From Arenicellales bacterium (GTDB lineage Bacteria > Pseudomonadota > Gammaproteobacteria > Arenicellales > Poriferihabitantaceae), in NCBI GenBank assembly GCA_965116595.1, contig OZ220708.1:169187-233186 (forward strand): 64,000 nucleotides of DNA. Reading direction: 5' to 3'. Position numbers and translations under genes: made by a program. Below are positions 32,623 through 41,948 of this stretch, piece by piece (the first letter of the stretch is position 1; each line of letters begins with the position of its first letter). The notes under the pieces were generated by a model. That model did not search any database and was not told the DNA's origin. It was given only the letters and a program-made list of their open reading frames with translations.

Positions 32623-33432
32623 ATGCGAATGAAATCGAATTATTGTCAGCTACGCGCCAGAGACTACATCAACGACCTTGCCGCCTCCGGGCACTATCAC
32701 TTTCTGTCGAGTGACGCTCGTGAAGCGCTTGGCGTGTCCGCTGAAGCGACCAAGCTCGCCCTGAACCGACTGGCCCGGCAGAATATGATCGCGCAGCCCG
32801 CACGGGGCTTCTATGTGATCCTTCCACCGGAGTACCGCTCTCTGGGATGTCTCCCGACAGACCAGTTCATCCCGGCGTTGATGCAGCAGCTTCGGCAACC
32901 ATACTATGCCGGGCTATTGTCAGCCGCGCAGTATCACGGCGCAGCCCACCACCGACCGCAGGAATTTCAGGTGATGCTCGAAAAGGCGCGCCGACCTATC
33001 CGCTGTGGCCAAGTGCGCACGATGTTCATCGTCCGCAGGCGCCTTCGGCAGGTTCCCGCGCAGAACTTCAACACGCCCCGAGGCACAATCCGCGTCTCGA
33101 CCCCAGAGGCGACAGCCGTTGACCTCGCAGGTTATTGCCATCGTGCAGGAGGGATTGATCAAGTGGCGACTGTTCTTTTCGAGCTTGCAGAGCGAATTGA
33201 TCCGCAGAAACTGGTGGCAGCCGCACAAACCGCACCTGTTACATGGGCGCAAAGGCTTGGATACCTGTTCGAGCATATCTCTGTCTATGAACAGGTCACC
33301 CTCCTCAAAGCCTATGTCAAGGATCAAGCCCGGCAATCAGTTCCGCTTATCCCGGGGAGAACTCACAAGGAAGCGTCACGCGACGCGGACTGGAAGATTC
33401 TTGTCAACGCCGATATCGAGCCGGACTTATGA
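32623..33432 (+). CDS. Type IV toxin-antitoxin/abortive-infection antitoxin AbiEi-family protein
   Basis: The 269-aa ORF has an N-terminal wHTH-like region, and FIPALMQQLRQPYYAGLLSAAQYHGAAHHRPQEFQVM is typical of AbiEi. It overlaps the downstream AbiEii gene by 4 nt. Confidence 0.8.
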   Translation: MRMKSNYCQLRARDYINDLAASGHYHFLSSDAREALGVSAEATKLALNRLARQNMIAQPARGFYVILPPEYRSLGCLPTDQFIPALMQQLRQPYYAGLLSAAQYHGAAHHRPQEFQVMLEKARRPIRCGQVRTMFIVRRRLRQVPAQNFNTPRGTIRVSTPEATAVDLAGYCHRAGGIDQVATVLFELAERIDPQKLVAAAQTAPVTWAQRLGYLFEHISVYEQVTLLKAYVKDQARQSVPLIPGRTHKEASRDADWKILVNADIEPDL

Positions 33433-34223
33433 TCCCGCGCGATTACATCACGGAGTGGCGGGTTCATGCGCCCTGGGTGCAAGACTTCCAGGTCGAGCAG
33501 GACCTCGTCATCAGCCGGGCGCTCATTGCAATTTTCAACCATCCCGTTCTTGCAGATGCTCTGGCGTTCCGAGGTGGTACGGTGCTCCACAAACTTCACA
33601 TTCATCCGACAGCCCGCTATTCCGAAGATATCGACCTTGTGCAGGTAAGGGCCGAGCCGGCCGGGCCGATGATGGACGCGATACGGGAAGTTCTTGATCC
33701 CTGGCTTGGCAGGCCACGATGGAAGCAGACCGAAGGCCGCGTGACATTCGCCTACCGATTCCAGTCCGAAGACACTCCGCCGCTAACACTCAGGCTCAAG
33801 GTGGAGATCAATTCGAGGGAACGCTTTACAGTGTACGGATTCATTCAACAACGATTTAGCGTAACTTCGCGCTGGTTTGAGGGAAGGACGAAGATCACCA
33901 CATATACACTCGATGAACTCATGGCGACGAAGTTACGCGCCCTGTATCAGCGCCGAAAGGGCAGAGATTTATTCGACCTGTCTGTAGCGCTGGAGGAAAG
34001 GGAACTCGACCCGGATTGCGTCATTACCGCCTTTTTACAATACATGGCACATGGAGGGCATCATATAACGCGGGACGCGTTCGAGCAGAATATCCAGAAA
34101 AAACTGCTTGATGCTCGGTTCAACGCCGATATCGGCCCGCTTCTAACCACAGGATTCTCCTGGAATTCCCGGGATGCGATAGAGAACATTCGCTCCCGAC
34201 TGATCGCACGATTGCCGGGGTAA
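33429..34223 (+). CDS. Nucleotidyltransferase AbiEii/AbiGii-family toxin
   Basis: The sequence VEQDLVISRAL..IF........LAFRGGTVLHKL......RYSEDIDL matches the AbiEii NTase motif arrangement. Confidence 0.85.
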   Translation: MIPRDYITEWRVHAPWVQDFQVEQDLVISRALIAIFNHPVLADALAFRGGTVLHKLHIHPTARYSEDIDLVQVRAEPAGPMMDAIREVLDPWLGRPRWKQTEGRVTFAYRFQSEDTPPLTLRLKVEINSRERFTVYGFIQQRFSVTSRWFEGRTKITTYTLDELMATKLRALYQRRKGRDLFDLSVALEERELDPDCVITAFLQYMAHGGHHITRDAFEQNIQKKLLDARFNADIGPLLTTGFSWNSRDAIENIRSRLIARLPG

Positions 34224-34342
34224 ATTGAAGGCGTATGAATCAGCCTGCTGGCATCAAAGCTCTGAAGCAAGATCAGCGCCATATCTATTCGCCCCGGCCA
34301 TCCGTAGGGACAGGTTGAGGCGTACTGAAAAAGGTGGACACT

Positions 34343-34573
34343 TTATAATTTGCCATCACGACGAGCTTTCGCTTTGAAACCGTCGAGCATTTCCTCTGGT
34401 GTTTTTTCGACCCATCCATGTTGTTCTACGGACTGTGCGGCTGCAATCAATTTGGTGCGGATATATTCATTCTCCGCTGTCCGCATTTCTTTCTCGCGCA
34501 GCGCTTCGCGGATGAGTTCGCTGTCCGTGGCGTATTGGTCTGGTGCCATTTGCGTCTGAATCCAACTTTCCAT
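34343..34573 (-). pseudogene. ParD-family antitoxin remnant (N-terminally short, no cognate toxin)
   Basis: The 76-aa ORF ...YATDSELIREALREKEMR...IRTKLIAAAQSVEQHGW...EEMLDGFKAKAR resembles the helical part of ParD. The N-terminal RHH beta-strand is not recognisable and no ParE ORF follows. Confidence 0.45.
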
Positions 34574-34579
34574 AACCCG

Positions 34580-35743
34580 TCAGGGAACTCCGGTTTCTGC
34601 CCGCGTCTCCGCGAGCAACAAGTCGACTACGCGGCGCAACGCCTCTTCGTGAGTATCTCCTTCCAGGCGGCGCAGGTTGTAGAAATCCAACTGGCGGTCC
34701 GCGCTGGCGCCCTCCTTGATGATGGTCATTGCGTGGCGCATCTCGGGTTCGCACCCCAGCGCGCGGGCATCGGAGGCCAGCTCCTCGATAAGTCCGGCAA
34801 GGTAGTCCTGGATATCGATTCTGTCACCTATGCCGTGCCTGTCGCCGAAGAAGGAGAACACGCCATAGCGCTGCGCGATCCAGCGGTCTTCCTTGATCAG
34901 CTCGGTCAACGGCTCGGGAGGCAAGGCGCCGTCCCTGTCCCGACGTAGCAGCCATCTGATCAGCGACGCATAAAGCGCAGCCATGCACACCGCGTCCTCC
35001 AGTCGCGTGCAGACGTCGCAGATGCGCATCTCTACCGTCGGATAGGCGTGAGAGGGGCGGATGTCCCACCACAACTCGCTGCCGTCCGTAATGTAATTGC
35101 AGCGCTGGAACTCCGTAAGCAACCGATCATACTCCGCCAATGAGTGAAACGGGCGGGGCATGCCGGATCGCGGGAGACTTCCGACAATTGTCAGCCTCCA
35201 GGATTTGAACCCTGTTACGCGCCCGTCGCTGAACGGCGAGGACGTGGACAGGGCATGGAACAGCGGCAGGTACTGGCGAACCGCCGTCATCACCCGAATA
35301 CGTGTTTCCGCATCGCCGAATCCCGCATGAATATGCATGCCTCCGATCAGGAAACGGCGCAGATTATCCTGATGAGCGGCCGCAAATCGCTCGTAGCGTT
35401 CCCCCGATGTGATTGCCTGTGTCTGCCACCGTGCAAACGGATGGGTAGAGGCAGCCATCACCGCCGCCCCATACCGCTCGGCCGCCGAGATGACAATGCG
35501 TCGGGTCTCGATCAAAGCCTCGCGCAATTCGGCAACCGAGGCGCACACCCTGGTATTGGTTTCGATCTGGGACCGCAGCGCCTCCCGCACGATCTTGTGC
35601 GGCCCGCAGGTTTTCTCGCAGGTTTCGAAGATACCCGGGTCGGGATCAATGAGAAGGTCGCGGGTCTGTGGATCCACCAGAAAGCACTCTTCCTCGACCC
35701 CGAGCGTGATCTTCAGGTCATCGCGATCCACCGCCGCCGTCAC
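34580..35743 (-). CDS. ybdK: Carboxylate-amine ligase, YbdK family (glutamate-cysteine ligase family 2)
   Basis: The 387-aa ORF has the N-terminus LGVEEECFLVDP.TRDL and MHIHAG, typical of GCS2/YbdK. It is GC-rich. Confidence 0.85.
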   Translation of the reverse strand: MTAAVDRDDLKITLGVEEECFLVDPQTRDLLIDPDPGIFETCEKTCGPHKIVREALRSQIETNTRVCASVAELREALIETRRIVISAAERYGAAVMAASTHPFARWQTQAITSGERYERFAAAHQDNLRRFLIGGMHIHAGFGDAETRIRVMTAVRQYLPLFHALSTSSPFSDGRVTGFKSWRLTIVGSLPRSGMPRPFHSLAEYDRLLTEFQRCNYITDGSELWWDIRPSHAYPTVEMRICDVCTRLEDAVCMAALYASLIRWLLRRDRDGALPPEPLTELIKEDRWIAQRYGVFSFFGDRHGIGDRIDIQDYLAGLIEELASDARALGCEPEMRHAMTIIKEGASADRQLDFYNLRRLEGDTHEEALRRVVDLLLAETRAETGVP

Positions 35744-36228
35744 CGCTCGCTCTCCAGTTGCGCGTGGACCGGGGCATCGACCGCTTCGACCGCCTCGACT
35801 GCGAACACCGCCCCATCAGCGCTGACCACCTTTACCTCTGTACCTTTTTTCAACGGCGCTCCGGTTACATTCCAATAGGTATCGTCGACTTTGATCTTTC
35901 CTACGCCTTGCGAAATACCCTCACTCAAGGTAAACACCCTGCCGACATACTGTTGCGCCCTGCGATTCAAATTGGGCACATCCGAAACTGTTTGCCGTTT
36001 CACCAGATACCGCCTGGAAATCACGATACTGGTCACCGACAGGATGGAAAAAACCAGGAACTGCACCTCCCATGACATGCCGGAGAAAACCAGCGCTGCC
36101 AACCCGGTCACCAGGGCGGAAATGCCCAGCCATAAAAAGAAAGTGAGTGGGGCAACCAGTTCAAACGCCAGCAAAACCAGACCCACGGCGAACCACCCCC
36201 AGTAAGTCATTCCAGGCAGATCAAACAT
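35740..36228 (-). CDS. NfeD-family membrane protein
   Basis: It has N-terminal TM helices and a C-terminal OB-fold segment (GKIKVDDTYWNVTG). It lies downstream of an SPFH gene. Confidence 0.85.
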   Translation of the reverse strand: MFDLPGMTYWGWFAVGLVLLAFELVAPLTFFLWLGISALVTGLAALVFSGMSWEVQFLVFSILSVTSIVISRRYLVKRQTVSDVPNLNRRAQQYVGRVFTLSEGISQGVGKIKVDDTYWNVTGAPLKKGTEVKVVSADGAVFAVEAVEAVDAPVHAQLESER

Positions 36229-36230
36229 AT

Positions 36231-37199
36231 TTAACCATTTGAATCCGTGTTCTTCCTGCTGTTGTCAAAAGTTTCTTTAACCAGTTCGCCTATTCCACCA
36301 ATTGACCCGATAATACTACTGAGTTCCATCGGAAGGAACAGAATTTTCTGATTCTTCGACATGCCCAGTTCCCTGATTGCTTCGACGTACTTGGTCGCAA
36401 CGAAATAGTTCACCGCCTGCATATCTCCTGCAGCAATCGCCTCGGATACCATCCTGGTCGCCTCGCCTTCCGCCTGAGCCAGTCGCTCTCGCGCTTCTGC
36501 CTGTCTGAAAGCCGCTTCCTTCTCGCCCTCAGCATCCAGAATCATGGCGCGTTTCTCACCTTCCGCTTTCAATATATCTGCCTGTCTCATGCCTTCGGCC
36601 TCAAGAATGGACGCTCGCTTGTTCCTTTCAGCCTTCATCTGGCGCGCCATTGATTCCACCAGGTCTGCAGGAGGTGAAATATCTTTTATCTCGATCCGGG
36701 TGACCTTGATTCCCCAGGGTGATGTCGCTGAGTCAACCACCATCAACAGCGAGGCATTGATTTCATCGCGCTTGGACAATGATTCGTCCAGGTCCATCGA
36801 CCCGAGCACCGTCCGGATGTTGGTCATGGTCAAATTTAAAACCGCATTTTCCAGTTGATTCACTTCGTAGCTGGCTTTCGCCGCATCCAGCGCCTGGAAA
36901 AACACGACGCCATCGACTCTGACGACAGCGTTGTCCCTGGTAATGACATCCTGGGAGGGAACCTCCAACACCCGTTCCATCATATTGACCCTGGCCCCTA
37001 TTCGATCAACAAAAGGGACAATGATGCTAAAGCCCGGCCTCAATGATCGGGTATACCGTCCCAATCTTTCGATGGTGTATTCATAGCCCTGATGAACAAT
37101 AACGATTCCCTTGTAAACAATCAGAACTGCAAGAAATATAACAATGATTGATACAAAAGATACGCCGAACAACGAGTATATGGAATCAATCGGGTTCAT
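36231..37199 (-). CDS. SPFH/band-7 (stomatin/QmcA-like) protein
   Basis: It has an N-terminal TM anchor and an SPFH core (V.QG.E..IERLG.Y.R.L.PG), followed by a coiled-coil Ala/Glu-rich tail. Confidence 0.9.
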   Translation of the reverse strand: MNPIDSIYSLFGVSFVSIIVIFLAVLIVYKGIVIVHQGYEYTIERLGRYTRSLRPGFSIIVPFVDRIGARVNMMERVLEVPSQDVITRDNAVVRVDGVVFFQALDAAKASYEVNQLENAVLNLTMTNIRTVLGSMDLDESLSKRDEINASLLMVVDSATSPWGIKVTRIEIKDISPPADLVESMARQMKAERNKRASILEAEGMRQADILKAEGEKRAMILDAEGEKEAAFRQAEARERLAQAEGEATRMVSEAIAAGDMQAVNYFVATKYVEAIRELGMSKNQKILFLPMELSSIIGSIGGIGELVKETFDNSRKNTDSNG

Positions 37200-37270
37200 G
37201 AAATTCTCCCACTGAATTTAAAGAGTAGTCTGTGCTATGACTATGTATTCCGCCTGCTGATACAACCGGA

Positions 37271-37741
37271 TTATAACTGTTTCTCCATGAAAACAGATAA
37301 CGGGTCATGTTTCGGGTAATCACCAAATGAGGATCGCTTGCGATATCCTGACCTCTGGTACAGCGCCAGCGCCTCGGGTTGATATATGCCGGTTTCAAGC
37401 CGCGCGATCTGAATGCCTTTTTCGACCAGATAATTTTCCAGATGCTCCATGATCAGCCTGGATATGCCTTTTCCCCGGTGTGATTTTTTGACGAATACAC
37501 GTTTTATTTCGCCGTATCTGATTTTTTCACGACCATCGCTGAGCTGTTTGACCGCGCCTGTACCGACCAGTTGCCGCCCCTGAAACGCGCCGATGAAAAA
37601 AACTTCCACGCGGCGCAGTTCCTCGACTGAATCAAGGTGGTTGGACTCTGCCGGATAGATCGACATCTGGTATTCATCCAGTTCCCGGATCAATTCCGAT
37701 ACGTCGGCATCAATCGGATCGACCTGCCTTATTTCTATCAT
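37271..37741 (-). CDS. GNAT-family N-acetyltransferase
   Basis: 156-aa ORF with an acetyl-CoA-binding motif (VFVKKSHRGKGISRLIM). Confidence 0.8.
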   Translation of the reverse strand: MIEIRQVDPIDADVSELIRELDEYQMSIYPAESNHLDSVEELRRVEVFFIGAFQGRQLVGTGAVKQLSDGREKIRYGEIKRVFVKKSHRGKGISRLIMEHLENYLVEKGIQIARLETGIYQPEALALYQRSGYRKRSSFGDYPKHDPLSVFMEKQL

Positions 37742-37772
37742 TTTACGGGACAGTTCAATCCGGATAATTCAT

Positions 37773-39008
37773 TTACAGCCAATCCAGCTCCATAGGATAG
37801 AGGGTCATCACCTCGGCTCCGTGTTCGGTGATCAGAACCTGTTCTTCCAGTTTAACCCCTTCACCGCCTCTCTCGGAACCAATGTAGGATTCGATGCACA
37901 GGGTCATGTTTTCCTCAATAACTCCCCGGTAACCTGCCATCTCAAGTTTATCGATATGCTTGATGCTCGGATACTCATCCGCCAACCCCACTCCATGTAT
38001 CAGGGAGCTGTATTTGGTGTTTGAGAATTCTGCTGGAATCTTCCAGGCTGCGCGCGAGGCTTCATGGAAGGTCATGCCGGGTCTCAACATCGATACATTA
38101 TGCTGAATCTGCTGCCACGCGTATGCATAAATCCTGCGTTGCTCATCACTCGGTTTATCTCCACACACCCAGCTTCGGGACATGTCCGAGCAATAACCGT
38201 AAGGCCCGATCAAATCCGTATCAAAACTGACCATATCGCCCTGTTCAATCACCCTCATCGAGGATTCCCGAAACCAGGGAAAGGTTCTCGGCCCTGAAGA
38301 CAATAACCGGGTTTCGATCCATTCTCCCCCTGAAGCGACATTGGTCTCATGGAGTATTGCCCATAGTGCGTTTTCAGTGATACCCGGTTCAAGCGCCTCA
38401 CGCATCCTGCCAATACCGGTCTCGCAGACATCGATGGCGCGCCGCATCAGTATTATTTCTTCATTTGACTTGATTACCCTGGCCAGTTCCATGACCTCAA
38501 GGCCATCGTGGATTGAAATACCACGCTGCAACAAGGGCTCACAACCGGTATGGGAGAGCCTGTCAATCGCCAGCCGGGTGTTACCGCCACCGTGGGTTTT
38601 GATCAGATCAGCGATAGTATCAGCAAAGTCCTGCGCCTTTTCACGAACCCGTTCTCCGGCAGCGAAGTAATGAAAGGAAGTATTGATCCGATACTCATCG
38701 ATCGTCGGGATGCCTTCCGCCAGATGGGGATATTCACCATAATCAAACAGGATCAGCGGACCGTCTGTGGCAATGAAGACGCAGCGTGTCTCATAATGTG
38801 AACACCACACCTGCATGTTGGTCGCATCGCAGGCATAGCGGCAATTAATCTGATCGAATAACAGTATTCCTGCGTAATCGAGTCTGTGCAGTTGCTGTTG
38901 TATGCGATCCAGGCGGTATCGTCTGACTGTGTCGATGTCAACCGGAGCCTCAGCATATTCCATCGCCCCGTGTTGTCTCGCCGCAATATTGCCTTGTGAA
39001 ATTCTCAT
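37773..39008 (-). CDS. M24-family (creatinase/prolidase-like) hydrolase
   Basis: It has a creatinase-N-like N-terminal half and a pita-bread C-terminal half (SFDTDLIGPYGYCSDMSRSW, HGVGL..EYP, ESY). The substrate is unknown. Confidence 0.75.
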   Translation of the reverse strand: MRISQGNIAARQHGAMEYAEAPVDIDTVRRYRLDRIQQQLHRLDYAGILLFDQINCRYACDATNMQVWCSHYETRCVFIATDGPLILFDYGEYPHLAEGIPTIDEYRINTSFHYFAAGERVREKAQDFADTIADLIKTHGGGNTRLAIDRLSHTGCEPLLQRGISIHDGLEVMELARVIKSNEEIILMRRAIDVCETGIGRMREALEPGITENALWAILHETNVASGGEWIETRLLSSGPRTFPWFRESSMRVIEQGDMVSFDTDLIGPYGYCSDMSRSWVCGDKPSDEQRRIYAYAWQQIQHNVSMLRPGMTFHEASRAAWKIPAEFSNTKYSSLIHGVGLADEYPSIKHIDKLEMAGYRGVIEENMTLCIESYIGSERGGEGVKLEEQVLITEHGAEVMTLYPMELDWL

Positions 39009-39033
39009 CCCGAACTCCCGTCTGTCTTCCGGT

Positions 39034-39816
39034 TCAGCATCCTTTCCAGACCGGTTCTCTTTTCTCGGAAAAGGCTAATGCGCCTTCGTGCATATCTTCA
39101 CTATTGTAGAGTTTCCTGACAGTGGCGATGCCCTCGGCATTCAGCATGTCGATGGATTCCTGAAAGTCCATGTTTTCGGTTACCCGCACGGTCTCCTTGA
39201 TCGCAGCAAAGACCAGCGGCGGACCCTTGGCCAGACGCTGGGCAACCTCCCTCGCCCGGGTCATGAGATTCCCGGCGTCTGTGATTTCATTGACCAGCCC
39301 CCACCTGTGAGCTTCGAAGGCATCCATCCAGCGACCTGTCAGCAGCAGTTCCATCGCCACATGGTATGGAATTCGTTTGGGCAGCTTCAGGGTTGCCGCA
39401 TCCGCCAATGTGCCGGCATTGATTTCAGGCAACGCAAATGTTGAATGCTCCGCGGCGATTATGATGTCCGCAGAAATCATCAATTCGAATCCGCCGCCGC
39501 AGGCAATGCCATTGACCGCCGCAATCACAGGCTTGTTCATGTCCGGCAGTTCCTGCAAGCCACCGAATCCACCGACCCCGAAATCGCTGGTCACGCCTTC
39601 TCCCCCGGCAGCCGCTTTCAAATCCCATCCGGCACAAAAAAACTTCTCACCGCCCCCGGTAATGATCGCCACCCTCAATTCGGGATTATCCCTGAAACCC
39701 TCAAACACCCTGCCGAGTTCCTGACTGGTTGGGCCATCTATCGCATTGGCCTTGGGCCGATCCAGGGTAACCTCAAGCACACCCCCGTCAATCACTGTTT
39801 TTACCGCATCAGACAT
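39034..39816 (-). CDS. caiD: Crotonase-family carnitinyl-CoA dehydratase-like enzyme (CaiD-like)
   Basis: It closely parallels the E. coli CaiD sequence as I remember it. The parallel segments are LEVTLDRPKANAID, RVAIITGGGEKFF.AGWDLKAAA, PVIAAVNG...GGGFEL and the C-terminal SEDMHEGALAFSEKREPVWKG. Confidence 0.75.
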   Translation of the reverse strand: MSDAVKTVIDGGVLEVTLDRPKANAIDGPTSQELGRVFEGFRDNPELRVAIITGGGEKFFCAGWDLKAAAGGEGVTSDFGVGGFGGLQELPDMNKPVIAAVNGIACGGGFELMISADIIIAAEHSTFALPEINAGTLADAATLKLPKRIPYHVAMELLLTGRWMDAFEAHRWGLVNEITDAGNLMTRAREVAQRLAKGPPLVFAAIKETVRVTENMDFQESIDMLNAEGIATVRKLYNSEDMHEGALAFSEKREPVWKGC

Positions 39817-39852
39817 AACTTTTTCACCTCAAATATAAACTTGCCGGCTTTT

Positions 39853-41922
39853 TCAACTTCGAACCCGGATCAGTACGTCGGCAGCGACGGCGCCATGGCT
39901 TTGCGCCCTGACCATTAACGGGTTGATTTCGAGTTCAATGATCCGGTCGCGTTGATTTTTAACCAGCCCCGCTACCGCCATTACGATATCGACAACCGCC
40001 TCGACATCAGCCAACGGCCTGTTACGGAATCCGTTCAACAGCGGCCAGGTCTTCAATCGCTGCAAAGCGGCGATACTTTCGGCACGGTCAACCGGAAACA
40101 GCAATATTTCGCTGTCCCCGATCAATTCGACCAGAGTGCCGCCAAACCCGAGAATCATATAATGACCAAAGAGCGGATCATAACTGACTCCGACCAACAA
40201 TTCGGCAACTGAATCGGTAACCATTTGTTCTACCAGCAGGACATCGGATAATTCAAACAGGCGAGTGCTTTGTGCGATCAATGTTTCTTCATCAGAGATC
40301 CCGACCACCACGGCGCCCACTTCAGACTTGTGCGAAACAAACGAAGATAAGACTTTCAATACCAGTGGATAACCGATCACTCCTGCCGCCTCTTTGACCT
40401 CATCGGGGGTGCTGGCGGTGGTTGAAACAGGCGTCTTGATGCCATGCGACTTCAATAACTGCTTTGCCTGATTTTCATTCAGGCTGCTGATCCTGCCGGA
40501 ATCCGGCTGCGTTGATAAATCCGGGATCACCGGCATCGACCATTCGCTGGTCCATCTGATGCCGATCCTGCTGATGGTTTCAATCGCCGACAGGGCCTGT
40601 TCCATGCCGTGCATCGGCGCCACGCCGTTTTCTATCAGATAAGACCGGATTTCATGGTTAAGGTTTTCTGACAGACAAGTGACCACTGCACCTTTGCAAC
40701 CGTTTTGCCGGCAAGCTGTTACAAATGCCCGGGTTGCCTCCATCCAATCGTCGATCACGCAATCATTGACCAGGGGAAAGTCGATGATAAACAGGGTCAG
40801 GTCATAGTTTGCGGACATCATGGCGGAAAATGTTGCGGTCATGCGCTGCCTGTCGCCCCAGATAAATGTGTGGTAATCCAGTGGATTATGGATCGCGACG
40901 TAGTCATTCAGTGTTTCGCGCAACCGCATCCGGTGATCGGGTTCGATCTTCGGAAAAACCAGTTCACGCCCGACAGACAAATCGGCGATCAGCGAGGCTT
41001 CTCCACCAGAGCAACTCATCGATGCAATCCGGTTTCCTGCTAACGGCCCCACGACAAGACCCAGCTTCAGCGCTTCCAGAAAGGTTTCAATGTTACTGGT
41101 AGTACCGATACCAAGGCGATCGAACAGGGCCGTATAGAGTTCGTTTTCTCCGGCCAGGACAGCGGTATGGCTGAATGTAATATGTGCGCCAAGGTCCGAT
41201 TTGCCTGTTTTGAGAACAATCACCGGCACCCCCCTGTCACGCGCGCGGACAGCTAGTTCAGCGAACGACGGCAGGTCTCTCAGGCCCTCGATGTGTAAAC
41301 CGATCGCCTTTATCCTTTCATTCTCAAGCGCCGCCGCCATCACTTCCTCAATGCCGATGACAGCCTGATTGCCCACTGTGACCAGCCAGGAAATCGGCAG
41401 TCCTCTTTGCTGCAATGTGAAATTGATTCCTATATTTCCGCTCGACGTGATGATTGCGACACCCTGATCCGTACGGCACAGTCCATGCTGATCCGGGAAC
41501 AGGGCGGCTCCCAGCAGTGTATTGACATACCCATAGCAATTTGGCCCCAATACCGGCATGTCCCCGGCTGCCTTCAATAATCTTTGTTGACGGCCCCCGC
41601 CCTCATCACCCACTTCGCTGAATCCTGATGCGAGGCAGACGGCCCCGCCTGCGCCGAGATGGTTCAATTGAGCGACGGTCTCGATGGTCGGTTCAGCGGG
41701 CACCCCGATGAATACTGCATCGGGCGTCTCGGGAAGCAGGTGGTAACCGGCCAGGCATGAAATACCGGCCATGGAATGTCTTTTCGGGTTGATCGCCCAC
41801 ATCTTTCCCTGAAACCTGAGCTTTTGGCATTGAATCAATACCTGCTCCGCTTCCCTGCCCCCGATCACCGCGATCGAGCGTGGATTCAGGAATCGGATCA
41901 GTCGATCCCGGTTAACCCGCAC
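39853..41922 (-). CDS. ADP-forming (NDP-forming) acyl-CoA synthetase, fused alpha/beta domains
   Basis: 689-aa ORF with an N-terminal CoA-binding domain (PRSIAVIGG), a succinyl-CoA-ligase-like flavodoxin domain and a C-terminal ATP-grasp domain (LLKSHGI....PLVLK). Confidence 0.8.
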   Translation of the reverse strand: MRVNRDRLIRFLNPRSIAVIGGREAEQVLIQCQKLRFQGKMWAINPKRHSMAGISCLAGYHLLPETPDAVFIGVPAEPTIETVAQLNHLGAGGAVCLASGFSEVGDEGGGRQQRLLKAAGDMPVLGPNCYGYVNTLLGAALFPDQHGLCRTDQGVAIITSSGNIGINFTLQQRGLPISWLVTVGNQAVIGIEEVMAAALENERIKAIGLHIEGLRDLPSFAELAVRARDRGVPVIVLKTGKSDLGAHITFSHTAVLAGENELYTALFDRLGIGTTSNIETFLEALKLGLVVGPLAGNRIASMSCSGGEASLIADLSVGRELVFPKIEPDHRMRLRETLNDYVAIHNPLDYHTFIWGDRQRMTATFSAMMSANYDLTLFIIDFPLVNDCVIDDWMEATRAFVTACRQNGCKGAVVTCLSENLNHEIRSYLIENGVAPMHGMEQALSAIETISRIGIRWTSEWSMPVIPDLSTQPDSGRISSLNENQAKQLLKSHGIKTPVSTTASTPDEVKEAAGVIGYPLVLKVLSSFVSHKSEVGAVVVGISDEETLIAQSTRLFELSDVLLVEQMVTDSVAELLVGVSYDPLFGHYMILGFGGTLVELIGDSEILLFPVDRAESIAALQRLKTWPLLNGFRNRPLADVEAVVDIVMAVAGLVKNQRDRIIELEINPLMVRAQSHGAVAADVLIRVRS

Positions 41923-41948
41923 AGTTACTGTCTCCAGGTGGTGGTTTT

